A stretch of DNA of 64,000 nt from a bacterium (lineage in GTDB: Bacteria > UBA10199 > JAIBAG01): the NCBI GenBank assembly GCA_019695305.1, contig JAIBAG010000005.1, positions 3,361 to 67,360 on the forward strand, written 5' to 3'. The notes below the pieces were generated by a model. That model saw only the letters and a list, made by a program, of their open reading frames with translations. It made no database searches and was not told the origin of the DNA. Both the position numbers and the translations under genes were made by a program. Positions 38,059 through 46,841 of the stretch are shown piece after piece (within the stretch, counting starts at the first letter, position 1; every line of letters begins with the position of its first letter).

Positions 38059-39198
38059 ATGAACTTTGAACTTTCTGAAGAACAAACAATGATTCAAAAA
38101 ATGGCACGCGATTTTGCGCAAAAAGAACTCGCGCCTTTAGCTGCCGAACGCGATGAAAAAGCGGAATTCCCTACATCTTCACTTCCTAAAATGGCGGAGC
38201 TGGGTTTGATGGGCATGATGGTTCCTGAACAATGGGGCGGAGCAGGGCTCGATATGCTCTCATATGTATTAGCTTTAGAAGAAATTTCGGCCGCTTGTGC
38301 CTCTACCGGTGTTACCATGTCGGTGAATAACTCACTCTACTGCGGACCCATCACACGTTTTGCCAATGACGAACAAAAGAAAAAGTATTTAACACCCTTT
38401 GCTCAAGGTCAAAAACTGGGAGCGTATTGCTTGTCGGAACCAGGTACCGGTTCGGATGCAGCTAACCAGCAAACAACCGCTGTTGATAAAGGCAGCCATT
38501 ATCTTTTAAATGGTACCAAAAACTTTATCACCAACGGGCCTCATGCAGATGCCATGGTGGTGTTTGCCATGACTGATAAATCTAAAAAGCATAAAGGCAT
38601 TTCGGCTTTTATTGTAGATAAAAACTTTAAGGGTTTCTCGGTAGGTAAAGTTGAAAAGAAACTTGGTATTCGTGCTTCGGCTACCTCGTCCATCGTTTTA
38701 GAAAACTGCGAAGTTCCTAAAGATTGCCTCTTGGGTGAAGTTGGCCAGGGTTTTACTATTGCCATGAATACGCTCGATTACGGTCGCATTGGTATTGCCA
38801 CCCAGGCGTTGGGTATTTCGCGCGCGGCTATTGAAGCGGCGGTAAAATACGCCAAAGAACGCGAAGCCTTTGGGCAATCCATTTCTAATTTTCAGGCCAT
38901 CCAATGGATGATTGCCGATATGACCACACGTTTTGAAGCCTCGCGCATGCTCACTTATAAAGCGGCCGAGCTTAAGCAGGCCGGTAAACCTGCCAGTGTA
39001 GAAGCGTGTCAGGCCAAACTTTTTGCCTCGGAATCGTCAAACTTCATCACCAATAAAGCCGTGCAGATACACGGTGGTTATGGCTATTGCCGTGAGTATC
39101 CCGTAGAACGTCTCTTGCGTGATGCTCGTATTACCGAAATTTACGAGGGAACTTCCGAAATTCAGCGTTTGGTGATCGCAAAGAATACGTTAAAGTAA
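38059..39198 (+). CDS. short-chain (butyryl-CoA-type) acyl-CoA dehydrogenase
   Basis: 379 aa with acyl-CoA dehydrogenase motifs (YCLSEPGTGSDAA, ...QIHGGYGYCREYPVERLLRDARI). The stop TAA lies inside the terminal GTAACC of repeat copy 4. Confidence 0.9.
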   Translation: MNFELSEEQTMIQKMARDFAQKELAPLAAERDEKAEFPTSSLPKMAELGLMGMMVPEQWGGAGLDMLSYVLALEEISAACASTGVTMSVNNSLYCGPITRFANDEQKKKYLTPFAQGQKLGAYCLSEPGTGSDAANQQTTAVDKGSHYLLNGTKNFITNGPHADAMVVFAMTDKSKKHKGISAFIVDKNFKGFSVGKVEKKLGIRASATSSIVLENCEVPKDCLLGEVGQGFTIAMNTLDYGRIGIATQALGISRAAIEAAVKYAKEREAFGQSISNFQAIQWMIADMTTRFEASRMLTYKAAELKQAGKPASVEACQAKLFASESSNFITNKAVQIHGGYGYCREYPVERLLRDARITEIYEGTSEIQRLVIAKNTLK

Positions 39199-39287
39199 CC
39201 CCCTCCCGTCCTCCCCCTTAGCCTAAGGGGGAGGGGCTAAGAACGCTCCCTCCCTTAAGCTAAGGGGGGGGTGGGGTGGGTTACTCT
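39194..39287. repeat. nested-palindrome MITE/REP-like element, copy 4
   Basis: AGTAACCCCCTCCCGTCCTCCCCCTTAGCCTAAGGGGGAGGGG...CTCCCTCCCTTAAGCTAAGGGGGGGTGGGGTGGGTTACTC. It supplies the stop codon of the upstream acyl-CoA dehydrogenase gene. It also creates a spurious in-frame N-terminal extension (MGWVTLL) of the downstream ORF. Confidence 0.85.
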
Positions 39288-39291
39288 TCTT

Positions 39292-40944
39292 ATGACCAAG
39301 AACCTTAAAGAATGGGAAGAGGGGACTTTAAAATCCTTTCTCGCTAAAGCGCCGGAGTCACAGAAAGAGTTTACCACTCTTTCGTCCGAACCCATCGAGC
39401 GTTTATACACGGCCGATCAAGTAGGCCAGAATCATCAAGAAGACATTGGTTTTCCCGGCGAATATCCTTTTACGCGCGGTGTTTATCCCACCATGTATCG
39501 CGGTAAATTATGGACCATGCGGCAGTTTGCCGGGTTTGGAACTCCCGAAGATACCAACACGCGTTTCCACTATTTGTTATCTCAGGGGCAAACGGGTCTC
39601 TCAACCGCTTTCCATTTTCCTACACTCATGGGTTATGACAGCGACTCGCCCCGTTCGCGCGGTGAAGTGGGCGTGTGCGGCGTTGCAGTTGATTCTCTGG
39701 CCGATATGGAAATTCTTTTTAAAGGAATTCCACTGGAAAAAGTAACGGTATCCATGACAATCAATGGCCCGGCCAGCATTCTTTTAGCCTTTTATCTGGC
39801 CAATGCCGAGAAACAAAAATGTGATCTTAAAAAAGTGGGCGGCACCATACAGAACGATGTTTTAAAAGAATATATTGCTCAAAATTCATATTTGGTTCCA
39901 CCGGATCCTGCCATGCGTATAGTGGTGGACATGATCGAATATTGCTCTCAGCATGTGCCCAAATGGAATCCCATTTCTATCTCCGGTTATCATATCCGCG
40001 AAGCAGGATCTACTGCTGTTCAGGAGTTAGCCTTTACCATTGCTGATGGTGTGGCTTACGTGGATGCTTGCATCAAACGCGGGTTAGATGTGGATAGCTT
40101 TGCGCCGCGTCTCTCGTACTTTTTTAATGCACACATGGATTTCTTTGAAGAAGTGGCCAAGTATCGTGCAGCCCGTCGTTTATGGGCACGCCTCATGAAA
40201 GAACGTTTTGGTGCTAAAAAAGCGGAATCCATGAAATGCCGCTTCCACGTTCAAACCGCGGGTTGTAGTTTAACCGCTCAACAACCCGAAAATAATATTA
40301 TCCGTACCACGTTGCAGGCTCTCTCGGCCGTTTTGGGTGGCTGCCAATCGCTTCATACTAATTCCATGGATGAAACATTGGCATTACCTACCGAGAAAGC
40401 CGTGCAGATTGCTTTAAGAACTCAACAAGTCATCGCGTTTGAATCTGGCGTGACCAACACCATTGATCCTTTGGCCGGTTCTTATTTTGTCGAAGCCTTG
40501 ACCGATAAAATGGAAAAAGAAGCCATGGCCTACATCGAAAAAATCGATAGTTTGGGCGGCATGGTAGAGGCGATTAAAAAAGGGTTTCCCCAGATGGAAA
40601 TTGTTTTGGCCAGCCACAAGTATCAAAATCAGCTGGAGAAAAAGGAAAAAATTGTAGTGGGGGTGAATGAATTTATTACCGATGAAAAACCGAATACTGA
40701 TTTGTTAAAGGTAGATTCCGAGGCAGTGACCAAAAAACAGACGGAACGCTTGAATGCTTTAAAAGCGAAACGCGACAGCGAAAAAGTGAATGCTGGTTTA
40801 GCTGCTTTAAAAGCTTCTGCTTCGTCCAAAACCAATATTTTCCCCGATTTACTGGCCTGTGCTCATGCTTATTGTACTGTGGAAGAAATTTCGAACGTGT
40901 TGCGGGGCGTTTTTGGCGAGTATCACGACCCCGGTATATACTGA
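39292..40944 (+). CDS. B12-dependent acyl-CoA mutase, large (substrate-binding TIM-barrel) subunit; ICM-like (Gln at MutB-Arg207 position)
   Basis: FTRGVYPTMYRGKLWTMRQFAGFGT...QNDVLKEYIAQNSYLVPP aligns to the MutB block QNDILKEFMVRNTYIYPP. The carboxylate-binding Arg is replaced by Gln. The subunit split of about 550 + 133 aa matches IcmA/IcmB-type mutases. I take the start at MTKNLKEW. Confidence 0.8.
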   Translation: MTKNLKEWEEGTLKSFLAKAPESQKEFTTLSSEPIERLYTADQVGQNHQEDIGFPGEYPFTRGVYPTMYRGKLWTMRQFAGFGTPEDTNTRFHYLLSQGQTGLSTAFHFPTLMGYDSDSPRSRGEVGVCGVAVDSLADMEILFKGIPLEKVTVSMTINGPASILLAFYLANAEKQKCDLKKVGGTIQNDVLKEYIAQNSYLVPPDPAMRIVVDMIEYCSQHVPKWNPISISGYHIREAGSTAVQELAFTIADGVAYVDACIKRGLDVDSFAPRLSYFFNAHMDFFEEVAKYRAARRLWARLMKERFGAKKAESMKCRFHVQTAGCSLTAQQPENNIIRTTLQALSAVLGGCQSLHTNSMDETLALPTEKAVQIALRTQQVIAFESGVTNTIDPLAGSYFVEALTDKMEKEAMAYIEKIDSLGGMVEAIKKGFPQMEIVLASHKYQNQLEKKEKIVVGVNEFITDEKPNTDLLKVDSEAVTKKQTERLNALKAKRDSEKVNAGLAALKASASSKTNIFPDLLACAHAYCTVEEISNVLRGVFGEYHDPGIY

Positions 40945-41002
40945 CCGGCTGTATAAAAACCCTTGAAATTCGCGTTGCTTTTATATTAAAAGGCCTCACC
41001 CT

Positions 41003-41404
41003 ATGCAAAAGAAACTCCGCATCTTAATTGGTAAACCCGGCTTAGACGGCCACGATCGTGGCGCTAAAATTATTGCACGTACCCTGCGTGATGCTGGTTA
41101 CGAGGTAATATATTCAGGTTTACACCAAACTCCTGAGATGATTGTGAACACGGCTATCCAAGAAGATGTGGATGCGATTGGGCTTTCTATTTTATCTGGC
41201 GCTCACAACTATCTTTTCCCTGCCGTAATTAAGCTTTTAAAGGCTAATAAAGCTGAAGATGTGGTGGTATTTGGTGGCGGTATTATCCCCGAAGACGAAA
41301 TTGCTGGCCTTAAAAAAGAGGGCGTAGCCGAGATTTTTACTCCCGGCGCCGACACCCGTGATATCGTCAAATGGATTGAGTCTAACGTCCAGCCGCGTAT
41401 ATAG
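41003..41404 (+). CDS. acyl-CoA mutase small subunit (cobalamin-binding domain)
   Basis: 133 aa with B12-binding DxHxxG...([21 protein letters not shown]) and a Rossmann-like fold. The last 5 codons lie inside the first unit of the 41-bp tandem array. Confidence 0.85.
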   Translation: MQKKLRILIGKPGLDGHDRGAKIIARTLRDAGYEVIYSGLHQTPEMIVNTAIQEDVDAIGLSILSGAHNYLFPAVIKLLKANKAEDVVVFGGGIIPEDEIAGLKKEGVAEIFTPGADTRDIVKWIESNVQPRI

Positions 41405-41529
41405 ATGAGTACCAAGGCCGTCCTTTAGGGCAGCCGCGTATATAGATGAGTACCAAGGCCGTCCTTTAGGGCAGCCGCGTATATAGATGAGTACCAAGGC
41501 CGTCCTTTAGGGCAGCCGCGTATATAGAT
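41390..41529. repeat. perfect 41-bp direct tandem repeat, 3.4 units
   Basis: Unit CAGCCGCGTATATAGATGAGTACCAAGGCCGTCCTTTAGGG. Copies lie at 41390, 41431 and 41472, with a partial copy at 41513. Unit 1 overlaps the stop of the B12-subunit gene. Confidence 0.95.
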
Positions 41530-41549
41530 TTGGAATGCGCAGCAACTTC

Positions 41550-42665
41550 CTAATTTGCCAAACGTTTTTTCAAGAATCTAAATCCTAATAATCCCATCAA
41601 TAAAACAAGTATTGAATAGTCTATTTGGTTTGAGCTTTTTATGGATAGAGCACAGCTACTACCACTTCCCTGTACTTGTATTGCAGAAATAGCGGGTGCT
41701 GGAACAATAGCCGGTGTACTGGGTTTGCCCGCATTATCATCTTCTTGAGGTGTCTCCGGATTTTCTGGCGTAGTAGGTTCTTCGGGTGTTTCTGGATTGG
41801 TGGGATCTTCTGGGTTTTCAGGTGTGCTGGGTGTTTCATCGCAATTTTCTTCAGGGTCATTAGGATTGGTTCCATTTTTTAATTCTACCCAGTCCCAGCA
41901 ATCGTCTTCATCATCATCAAATACGTTTTTTGTTTTTGTAATATAATCATCGCCAATACCGGCATCAACGTTACTGCCTGCAAACACATAGAGAGTCACA
42001 CGCGGGTCTATTTGGTAGCCTTGTGTAAAAGCAGGAATGCTAAATTCTGAATAAGGATAAGTTTGTGAGGGTTGTGCAAAAGGAGTGATGGTGGATTCCA
42101 AATTGTAAAAGCTTTCATTTTGGGGGAGAAATGTAATGAAAGTAGAGTTGGGAATATAGCGCCCAAAATCAGCATAGTTATGGCCAAACGCAAGACCTGT
42201 CATAATATCAACTGAACCGCCGTTCATTCCAATGATGCCTTCAGCGGGAAGGGTTTTGGCATCACCGTTTAAGTCCCATAATATAAAAAAGGCTTCACCT
42301 GCAGAGTTTCCTTTTCGTCCTAAGTTGGCTAAGTCTTCATATTCTAAACCTGGAACAGTTTCTCCGGAAGAGGGGTCGCCATTTCCATCAGCGTCACCAA
42401 AAATTTTACCATCGTATGTTTTAACGCCCACATGCATGGTGTCTTCGGAGCCATCGTAAAAGAAACACACTTTTTCCATGTCCCAACCGCTAGTATTTAA
42501 ACCAAGGTTTTGGAGCGCTTCAGGAATACCCACATCTAAAGGATCTGTTATGCAATTAATGTCTTTAAAATCAGCCTCAATATCGCCCGTAAAAACAAAA
42601 GCATGAGCCTTAAGAGAAAAAATTAAGATGAACGTGATAAAAAAGAGCTTTGTAAACGTACGCAT
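41550..42665 (-). CDS. secreted acidic protein with Pro/Glu-rich linker and C-terminal Cys + TM + basic sorting tail
   Basis: Signal peptide MRTFTKLFFITFILIFSLKAHA. Near the C-terminus, PENPEDPTNPETPEEPTTPENPETP is followed by GSGSSCALS...YSILVLLMGLLGFRFLKKRLAN. This is a TM helix with an Arg/Lys tail, resembling MYXO-CTERM or PEP-CTERM-type signals. Confidence 0.6.
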   Translation of the reverse strand: MRTFTKLFFITFILIFSLKAHAFVFTGDIEADFKDINCITDPLDVGIPEALQNLGLNTSGWDMEKVCFFYDGSEDTMHVGVKTYDGKIFGDADGNGDPSSGETVPGLEYEDLANLGRKGNSAGEAFFILWDLNGDAKTLPAEGIIGMNGGSVDIMTGLAFGHNYADFGRYIPNSTFITFLPQNESFYNLESTITPFAQPSQTYPYSEFSIPAFTQGYQIDPRVTLYVFAGSNVDAGIGDDYITKTKNVFDDDEDDCWDWVELKNGTNPNDPEENCDETPSTPENPEDPTNPETPEEPTTPENPETPQEDDNAGKPSTPAIVPAPAISAIQVQGSGSSCALSIKSSNQIDYSILVLLMGLLGFRFLKKRLAN

Positions 42666-42735
42666 AGAGTTCCTTTCGAAATATAGAGGGAACTCTTTAC
42701 GATAAAAAAAGACAATTGGTCAACTTATTTATAAA

Positions 42736-43053
42736 TCAGTCTATGTTATTGATTAAATTACGTTTTTTTTGAGTGGGATATTGCTTAATTTGATATTCCC
42801 GAATGAGTGCTTCCGAGCGATTATTGAGAGTCTCTTGATATTTAAGGGTAACAGGCCTGCGTGTCCGTGTGTATTTAGCGCCTTTACCCAAATTATGTTG
42901 TTCAAAGCGGCGTTCTAAATCGTTGGTGATGCCAGTATACAAGGTGCCATCCGCACATTCCAAGATATACAAAAACCATTGCTCAAGAGCTGCATGGTTC
43001 TTGAGATCTTCGGCTTTTAAGCCTTTAATCATTTGTTTGTATTTTGGTTTCAA
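42736..43053 (-). CDS. GIY-YIG nuclease superfamily small protein (UPF0213-like)
   Basis: WFLYILECADGTLYTGITNDLERRFEQHN...GAKYT matches the GIY-YIG core. The true start may be an internal Met. Confidence 0.7.
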   Translation of the reverse strand: MKPKYKQMIKGLKAEDLKNHAALEQWFLYILECADGTLYTGITNDLERRFEQHNLGKGAKYTRTRRPVTLKYQETLNNRSEALIREYQIKQYPTQKKRNLINNID

Positions 43054-43075
43054 GATTTTGCTTTATTGTGATGAT

Positions 43076-43705
43076 TTACTTTCTTATTGTCAAAAATAAT
43101 TCTTTAGGAGCAATTCCTTTTAAAGCTTTTGGAGCTATGAGCGACATTTTTCTCATTTGGTTTTGAATATAAATACAGTCAAGCACATGCTTTGCTTCAA
43201 AAATAGATTGCAAATCATCCAAGTCTTTGTAACGTCGAGGGTCATTTTTGTAAGAATAGAACTTGGAAATAATAATATCTTCCACGGTAATGCACGGTAT
43301 TTTTTTATTCCATCCAAAATCAATCAAGTTAAGGCTCGATCTTTCCAAGGCTTCTTTAAACCATGGCATGGAAGGTAAAATAAAATCGAGACCGATCGCC
43401 CCAGGCTTACTACTATCTTTTCCGACGACCATATAGGGTTCGGTATTTTTCCTTTTAATCGCAAAAAGAGGGCCTCCTTCTAAATCGGCTTTTCGTATAA
43501 TATGAGGGTTAAGAGCCTGAGCCTTAATAAGTTCTTCAGCTTTTTGCTGAGAGGAGGATTCTGAAATAATTAAAAAATCAAGGTCGCGTGTAGTGCGTTC
43601 TTCTTTGCGGTAGACAGAAGCAACTAAGCCGCCCGCCACAGCATATTGCAGTCTTTCTTGCTCGAGCACTTCAATCATCTGTTTTAAAAAATGAATGATG
43701 TTCAT
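43076..43705 (-). CDS. pol-beta superfamily nucleotidyltransferase
   Basis: 209 aa. AVAGGLVASVYRKEERTTRDLDFLI fits hGG-x13-14-DhD of minimal nucleotidyltransferases. Overlaps the upstream wHTH gene by 4 nt. Confidence 0.6.
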   Translation of the reverse strand: MNIIHFLKQMIEVLEQERLQYAVAGGLVASVYRKEERTTRDLDFLIISESSSQQKAEELIKAQALNPHIIRKADLEGGPLFAIKRKNTEPYMVVGKDSSKPGAIGLDFILPSMPWFKEALERSSLNLIDFGWNKKIPCITVEDIIISKFYSYKNDPRRYKDLDDLQSIFEAKHVLDCIYIQNQMRKMSLIAPKALKGIAPKELFLTIRK

Positions 43706-44094
43706 GATCTTATATGATTAAAAAGTTCATGTATCTCTGCGCAAAAATTGAGAACCCTTTCTGCTTTTTCATGATACATCTGAGCTCGTAGAGCAATATG
43801 GGTTTTATTTTCTAGTTCAAAAAGCTGAGTTAAAAAAGAATGATAGGGATGATCTGGGTTAAGCGAGAAAAAAGATCGGTTTTTCCGTTTTTTTTGAATA
43901 ATTAATTTTTCGTTTGTCAGTTGTTCTAAGGCGCGTTGAACAGAAAAAACAGGAGCTTGAATAAGATAAGAAAGTTGCCGAAGGGGCAATGGTTCATCGC
44001 TTCTGGAAAGAGCTTTTAACACTTTAAAACGAGTGGGATTCGCTAAAATACTAGAACTGTCTAACATGCTAAAAGTGTACAAATATTTATACAC
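43702..44094 (-). CDS. winged helix-turn-helix transcriptional regulator (ArsR-like)
   Basis: 130 aa. ...ANPTRFKVLKALSRSDEPLPLRQLSYLIQAPVFSVQRALEQLTNEKLI... fits the ArsR/SmtB-type wHTH pattern. Confidence 0.6.
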   Translation of the reverse strand: MYKYLYTFSMLDSSSILANPTRFKVLKALSRSDEPLPLRQLSYLIQAPVFSVQRALEQLTNEKLIIQKKRKNRSFFSLNPDHPYHSFLTQLFELENKTHIALRAQMYHEKAERVLNFCAEIHELFNHIRS

Positions 44095-44133
44095 ATTTTC
44101 AACTATATACTTATAATATATTGAAATTATTAA

Positions 44134-44922
44134 CTATTTTCCTTTAAACCATGGGGCTCTTTTTTCACGAATAGCCAAAATTCCTTCTTTAATATCTTCG
44201 GTTGTAAAACATTGGGCCTGCATGCTGGAATCGTATTCAAAAAGCTCTTCCAAAGTTTCATGCTGAGCCCTTTGAATACCTTTTTTAATGGCAGCAACAG
44301 AAATCGGGGCGTTAGCGGCCAGTTTTTCGGCTATTTTTTGCACTTCGGCCAGCAATTGATCGGGGTCAAAAACACCATTGATGAGCCCCATATCTAAAGC
44401 GCGTTCGGCCGTAAAGAGTTCGCCTAACATCAAAATTTCTGCAGCATTCACAGGGCCTGCTAAGCGGGTCACCAAATAAGTACCTCCCATACCGGGAGCT
44501 AGGCCTAATTTAGAAAAGTTAGCACCCAATTTGGCCCCTTTGGCAGCATAACGAAGATCACTGGCTAAGGTCATACAAAAACCAGCCCCCACTGCAGGGC
44601 CATTGATAGCTGCAATCACGGGAACGCGAATTTTACGCATATCCAAAAAGAGCTGATAAAAGGCCATAAGCTCGCGCTTGTTGGTCTCAGGTGTACGTTT
44701 AACCCGGTCTTCAAGCATATCCAAATTACCACCGCTCGAAAAGGCACGGCCGGCTCCGGTAATCACCATTACCCGTATATCTTTGTTGGCTTCCACTCTG
44801 GCTAAAATCTTTTGAAAAGCATCGCCCATGGCATCATCTAACGCATTGAGCTTATCGGGCTGATTGAACGTAACAAGTGCTACATGGCCTATTTCTTGAT
44901 AAATAATAATATCTTGTGACAT
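44134..44922 (-). CDS. enoyl-CoA hydratase/isomerase family protein
   Basis: Crotonase fold (...VIAAINGPAVGAGFCMTLASD...). I take the start at MSQDIIIYQE (ATG 44922) rather than the longer ORF-track start at 44988. Confidence 0.85.
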   Translation of the reverse strand: MSQDIIIYQEIGHVALVTFNQPDKLNALDDAMGDAFQKILARVEANKDIRVMVITGAGRAFSSGGNLDMLEDRVKRTPETNKRELMAFYQLFLDMRKIRVPVIAAINGPAVGAGFCMTLASDLRYAAKGAKLGANFSKLGLAPGMGGTYLVTRLAGPVNAAEILMLGELFTAERALDMGLINGVFDPDQLLAEVQKIAEKLAANAPISVAAIKKGIQRAQHETLEELFEYDSSMQAQCFTTEDIKEGILAIREKRAPWFKGK

Positions 44923-44952
44923 ATTTTTTTCCCTGAGATAATAATTTAATCG

Positions 44953-45651
44953 ATGGATACCCGAATTAACGCACCCATTCAAGCGCAAATACTAGGAACA
45001 ATTGCTTATAACGATGCTATGAGCGTGATGAAAACCCTGTACGATAAACGTCATGCTGGTGAAATTTCCGATACGCTTTTAGTGCTCGAACATCCACCCG
45101 TCATTACTTCGGGTCGGCAACAATCCGATCACGATCTCAAACTTTCTATAGATGAATTAAAGAACAAAAAAATAGATTTTGTTCATTCCGATCGTGGAGG
45201 TAAGCTTACCTGTCATGAACCTGGTCAGTTGGTTGTGTACTTTATTTTTAATCTCCATGAACGTAAATGGTCCGTTGAAAAACTAGTATGGATGGCCGAA
45301 GAGGGTTTAAAGCGAGCGCTTTCTAAAATGGGGATTGAAGTGGAGCGTGATAAAGAGCATCCCGGCCTATGGGTAGAGCATAATAAAAAAATTGCAGCAC
45401 TTGGTTTTCATATTTCACGGGGCATTACAACACATGGAATAGCCTTAAATGTGAACAATACTCTCAATACTTTTCTGTACATAATTCCGTGCGGAATTGA
45501 AGGTCGTAGTGTTACAACTATTTCAAAAGAATTAAATAAAACAGTAGGTTTAAAAGAAACAGTTGATGTTTTGCTGGAATCTTTTGAAGAAGCTTTTGGA
45601 AATACAATTATCCTAAAAACACCGAGCGGCGTTTTTGCAACAAATCCTTAA
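44953..45651 (+). CDS. lipB: lipoyl(octanoyl) transferase
   Basis: 232 aa. ...LVLEHPPVITSGR...HPGLWVEHNKKIAALGFHISRGITTHGIALNV... are LipB catalytic-region motifs. Confidence 0.85.
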   Translation: MDTRINAPIQAQILGTIAYNDAMSVMKTLYDKRHAGEISDTLLVLEHPPVITSGRQQSDHDLKLSIDELKNKKIDFVHSDRGGKLTCHEPGQLVVYFIFNLHERKWSVEKLVWMAEEGLKRALSKMGIEVERDKEHPGLWVEHNKKIAALGFHISRGITTHGIALNVNNTLNTFLYIIPCGIEGRSVTTISKELNKTVGLKETVDVLLESFEEAFGNTIILKTPSGVFATNP

Positions 45652-46840
45652 TTATGTTCTGAATTTCGGAACGTACTTTTTCGGAAAGTTTATGAATTAA
45701 AAGTTCATCGCGTAAAGCGCTGTCATCATACTTATCAAACGACATGGGCTTTCCAAAATGGATAGACCATTTAGTGGGAAGCGGTATTAACCCCAAGGGA
45801 CCCAGTAAAGGAAAAGAAGGAGTGATGGGAATATAAGGGAGCCCAATCATTTTAGCCAGAACGTTAGACTTAAAAATAATGGGGTGAATTTCTTCGGCCC
45901 CCACAATACCTACTGGCACTAGGGGCGATTTAGTGTTCATGCATAACTTAATAAAACCACCGCGTCCAAAGCGTTGTAAATTGTAGCGCTGCTTATAAAA
46001 CTTACCAATACCCTTTACGCCTTCTGGAAAAACAACCACTAAGTGACCAGAATTTAATAAGTATTGAGCATTTTCTGGGCAGGCACGCACACCTCCAATA
46101 CGGTACATCAGGCTGCCCATCATGGGCATGTGGTATACAAAGTTTTCCACTAAAAAACGGGCGTCTTTGCGGGCTTTATGTTCGTTTAAAATAGCCGCTT
46201 TAATCATGGCTCCATCATAAGGAACTGTTCCCGAGTGATTGGCTACAATAAGGGCTCGGCCTTCATCGGGAATGTTATCAATACCGGTAGTGTGTACTCG
46301 CCAGTACTTGTAATATAAAAAGTCAAAAACAGGCTTAATGCGCTCTACCAAATGCCTATCCATGCCAAAAGGATCTACTTCTTCCTCGTCGTCGGCAAAA
46401 CCTAAGCGATTGATAACATCTTTGTAAAAATCAACCGACAACACTTTAATGGCCCGACTAGTGAGCTCTTTAACCATTTCTAGCTGGCTTTTTTCGGCAG
46501 TGCTTTTGGCTTCGTTGTCTTTAAGATAAGTAATGGCCTTTTTAACCCGTTGATCGAGCAATTCGTAAAGGGTATTGAGATCTTTTTGTACATCTTTATC
46601 GTGGCGGCGTACCTTAGACTTTTTTACCGATTGTTCCAAATCGGTTTCTAAGGCTTCAAGTGTTTCTTTAAAAGTAGTTTCAATGTGAGAAATGCGATCT
46701 TCCAGGCGAGAGGCTAAGGTTTTAAAATCTACAAACTCTTCATTGGCCTTGGGTTTAGTTTTATTTTCAACTGGCAAGACATGAACATTAGACGGTTCGT
46801 CTTCTTTAGTGAATGTTTTGGTTTTTGTTTTTTCGGCCAT
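45608..46840 (-). CDS. lysophospholipid acyltransferase (PlsC family) with N-terminal coiled-coil extension
   Basis: 410 aa with the acyltransferase block LIVANHSGTVPYDG...VVVFPEG. N-terminal approximately 170 aa are charged and coiled-coil. Convergent 44-nt overlap with lipB. Confidence 0.7.
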   Translation of the reverse strand: MAEKTKTKTFTKEDEPSNVHVLPVENKTKPKANEEFVDFKTLASRLEDRISHIETTFKETLEALETDLEQSVKKSKVRRHDKDVQKDLNTLYELLDQRVKKAITYLKDNEAKSTAEKSQLEMVKELTSRAIKVLSVDFYKDVINRLGFADDEEEVDPFGMDRHLVERIKPVFDFLYYKYWRVHTTGIDNIPDEGRALIVANHSGTVPYDGAMIKAAILNEHKARKDARFLVENFVYHMPMMGSLMYRIGGVRACPENAQYLLNSGHLVVVFPEGVKGIGKFYKQRYNLQRFGRGGFIKLCMNTKSPLVPVGIVGAEEIHPIIFKSNVLAKMIGLPYIPITPSFPLLGPLGLIPLPTKWSIHFGKPMSFDKYDDSALRDELLIHKLSEKVRSEIQNIIKDLLQKRRSVFLG

Positions 46841-46841
46841 T

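Noticed and set aside
39271-39291. N-terminal extension MGWVTLL of the mutase ORF
   Set aside because: It is encoded by the terminal inverted repeat of the palindromic element. The start is more plausibly ATG 39292.
41390-41529. Possible CRISPR array
   Set aside because: The units are identical 41-mers in direct tandem with no unique spacers. No cas genes are nearby.
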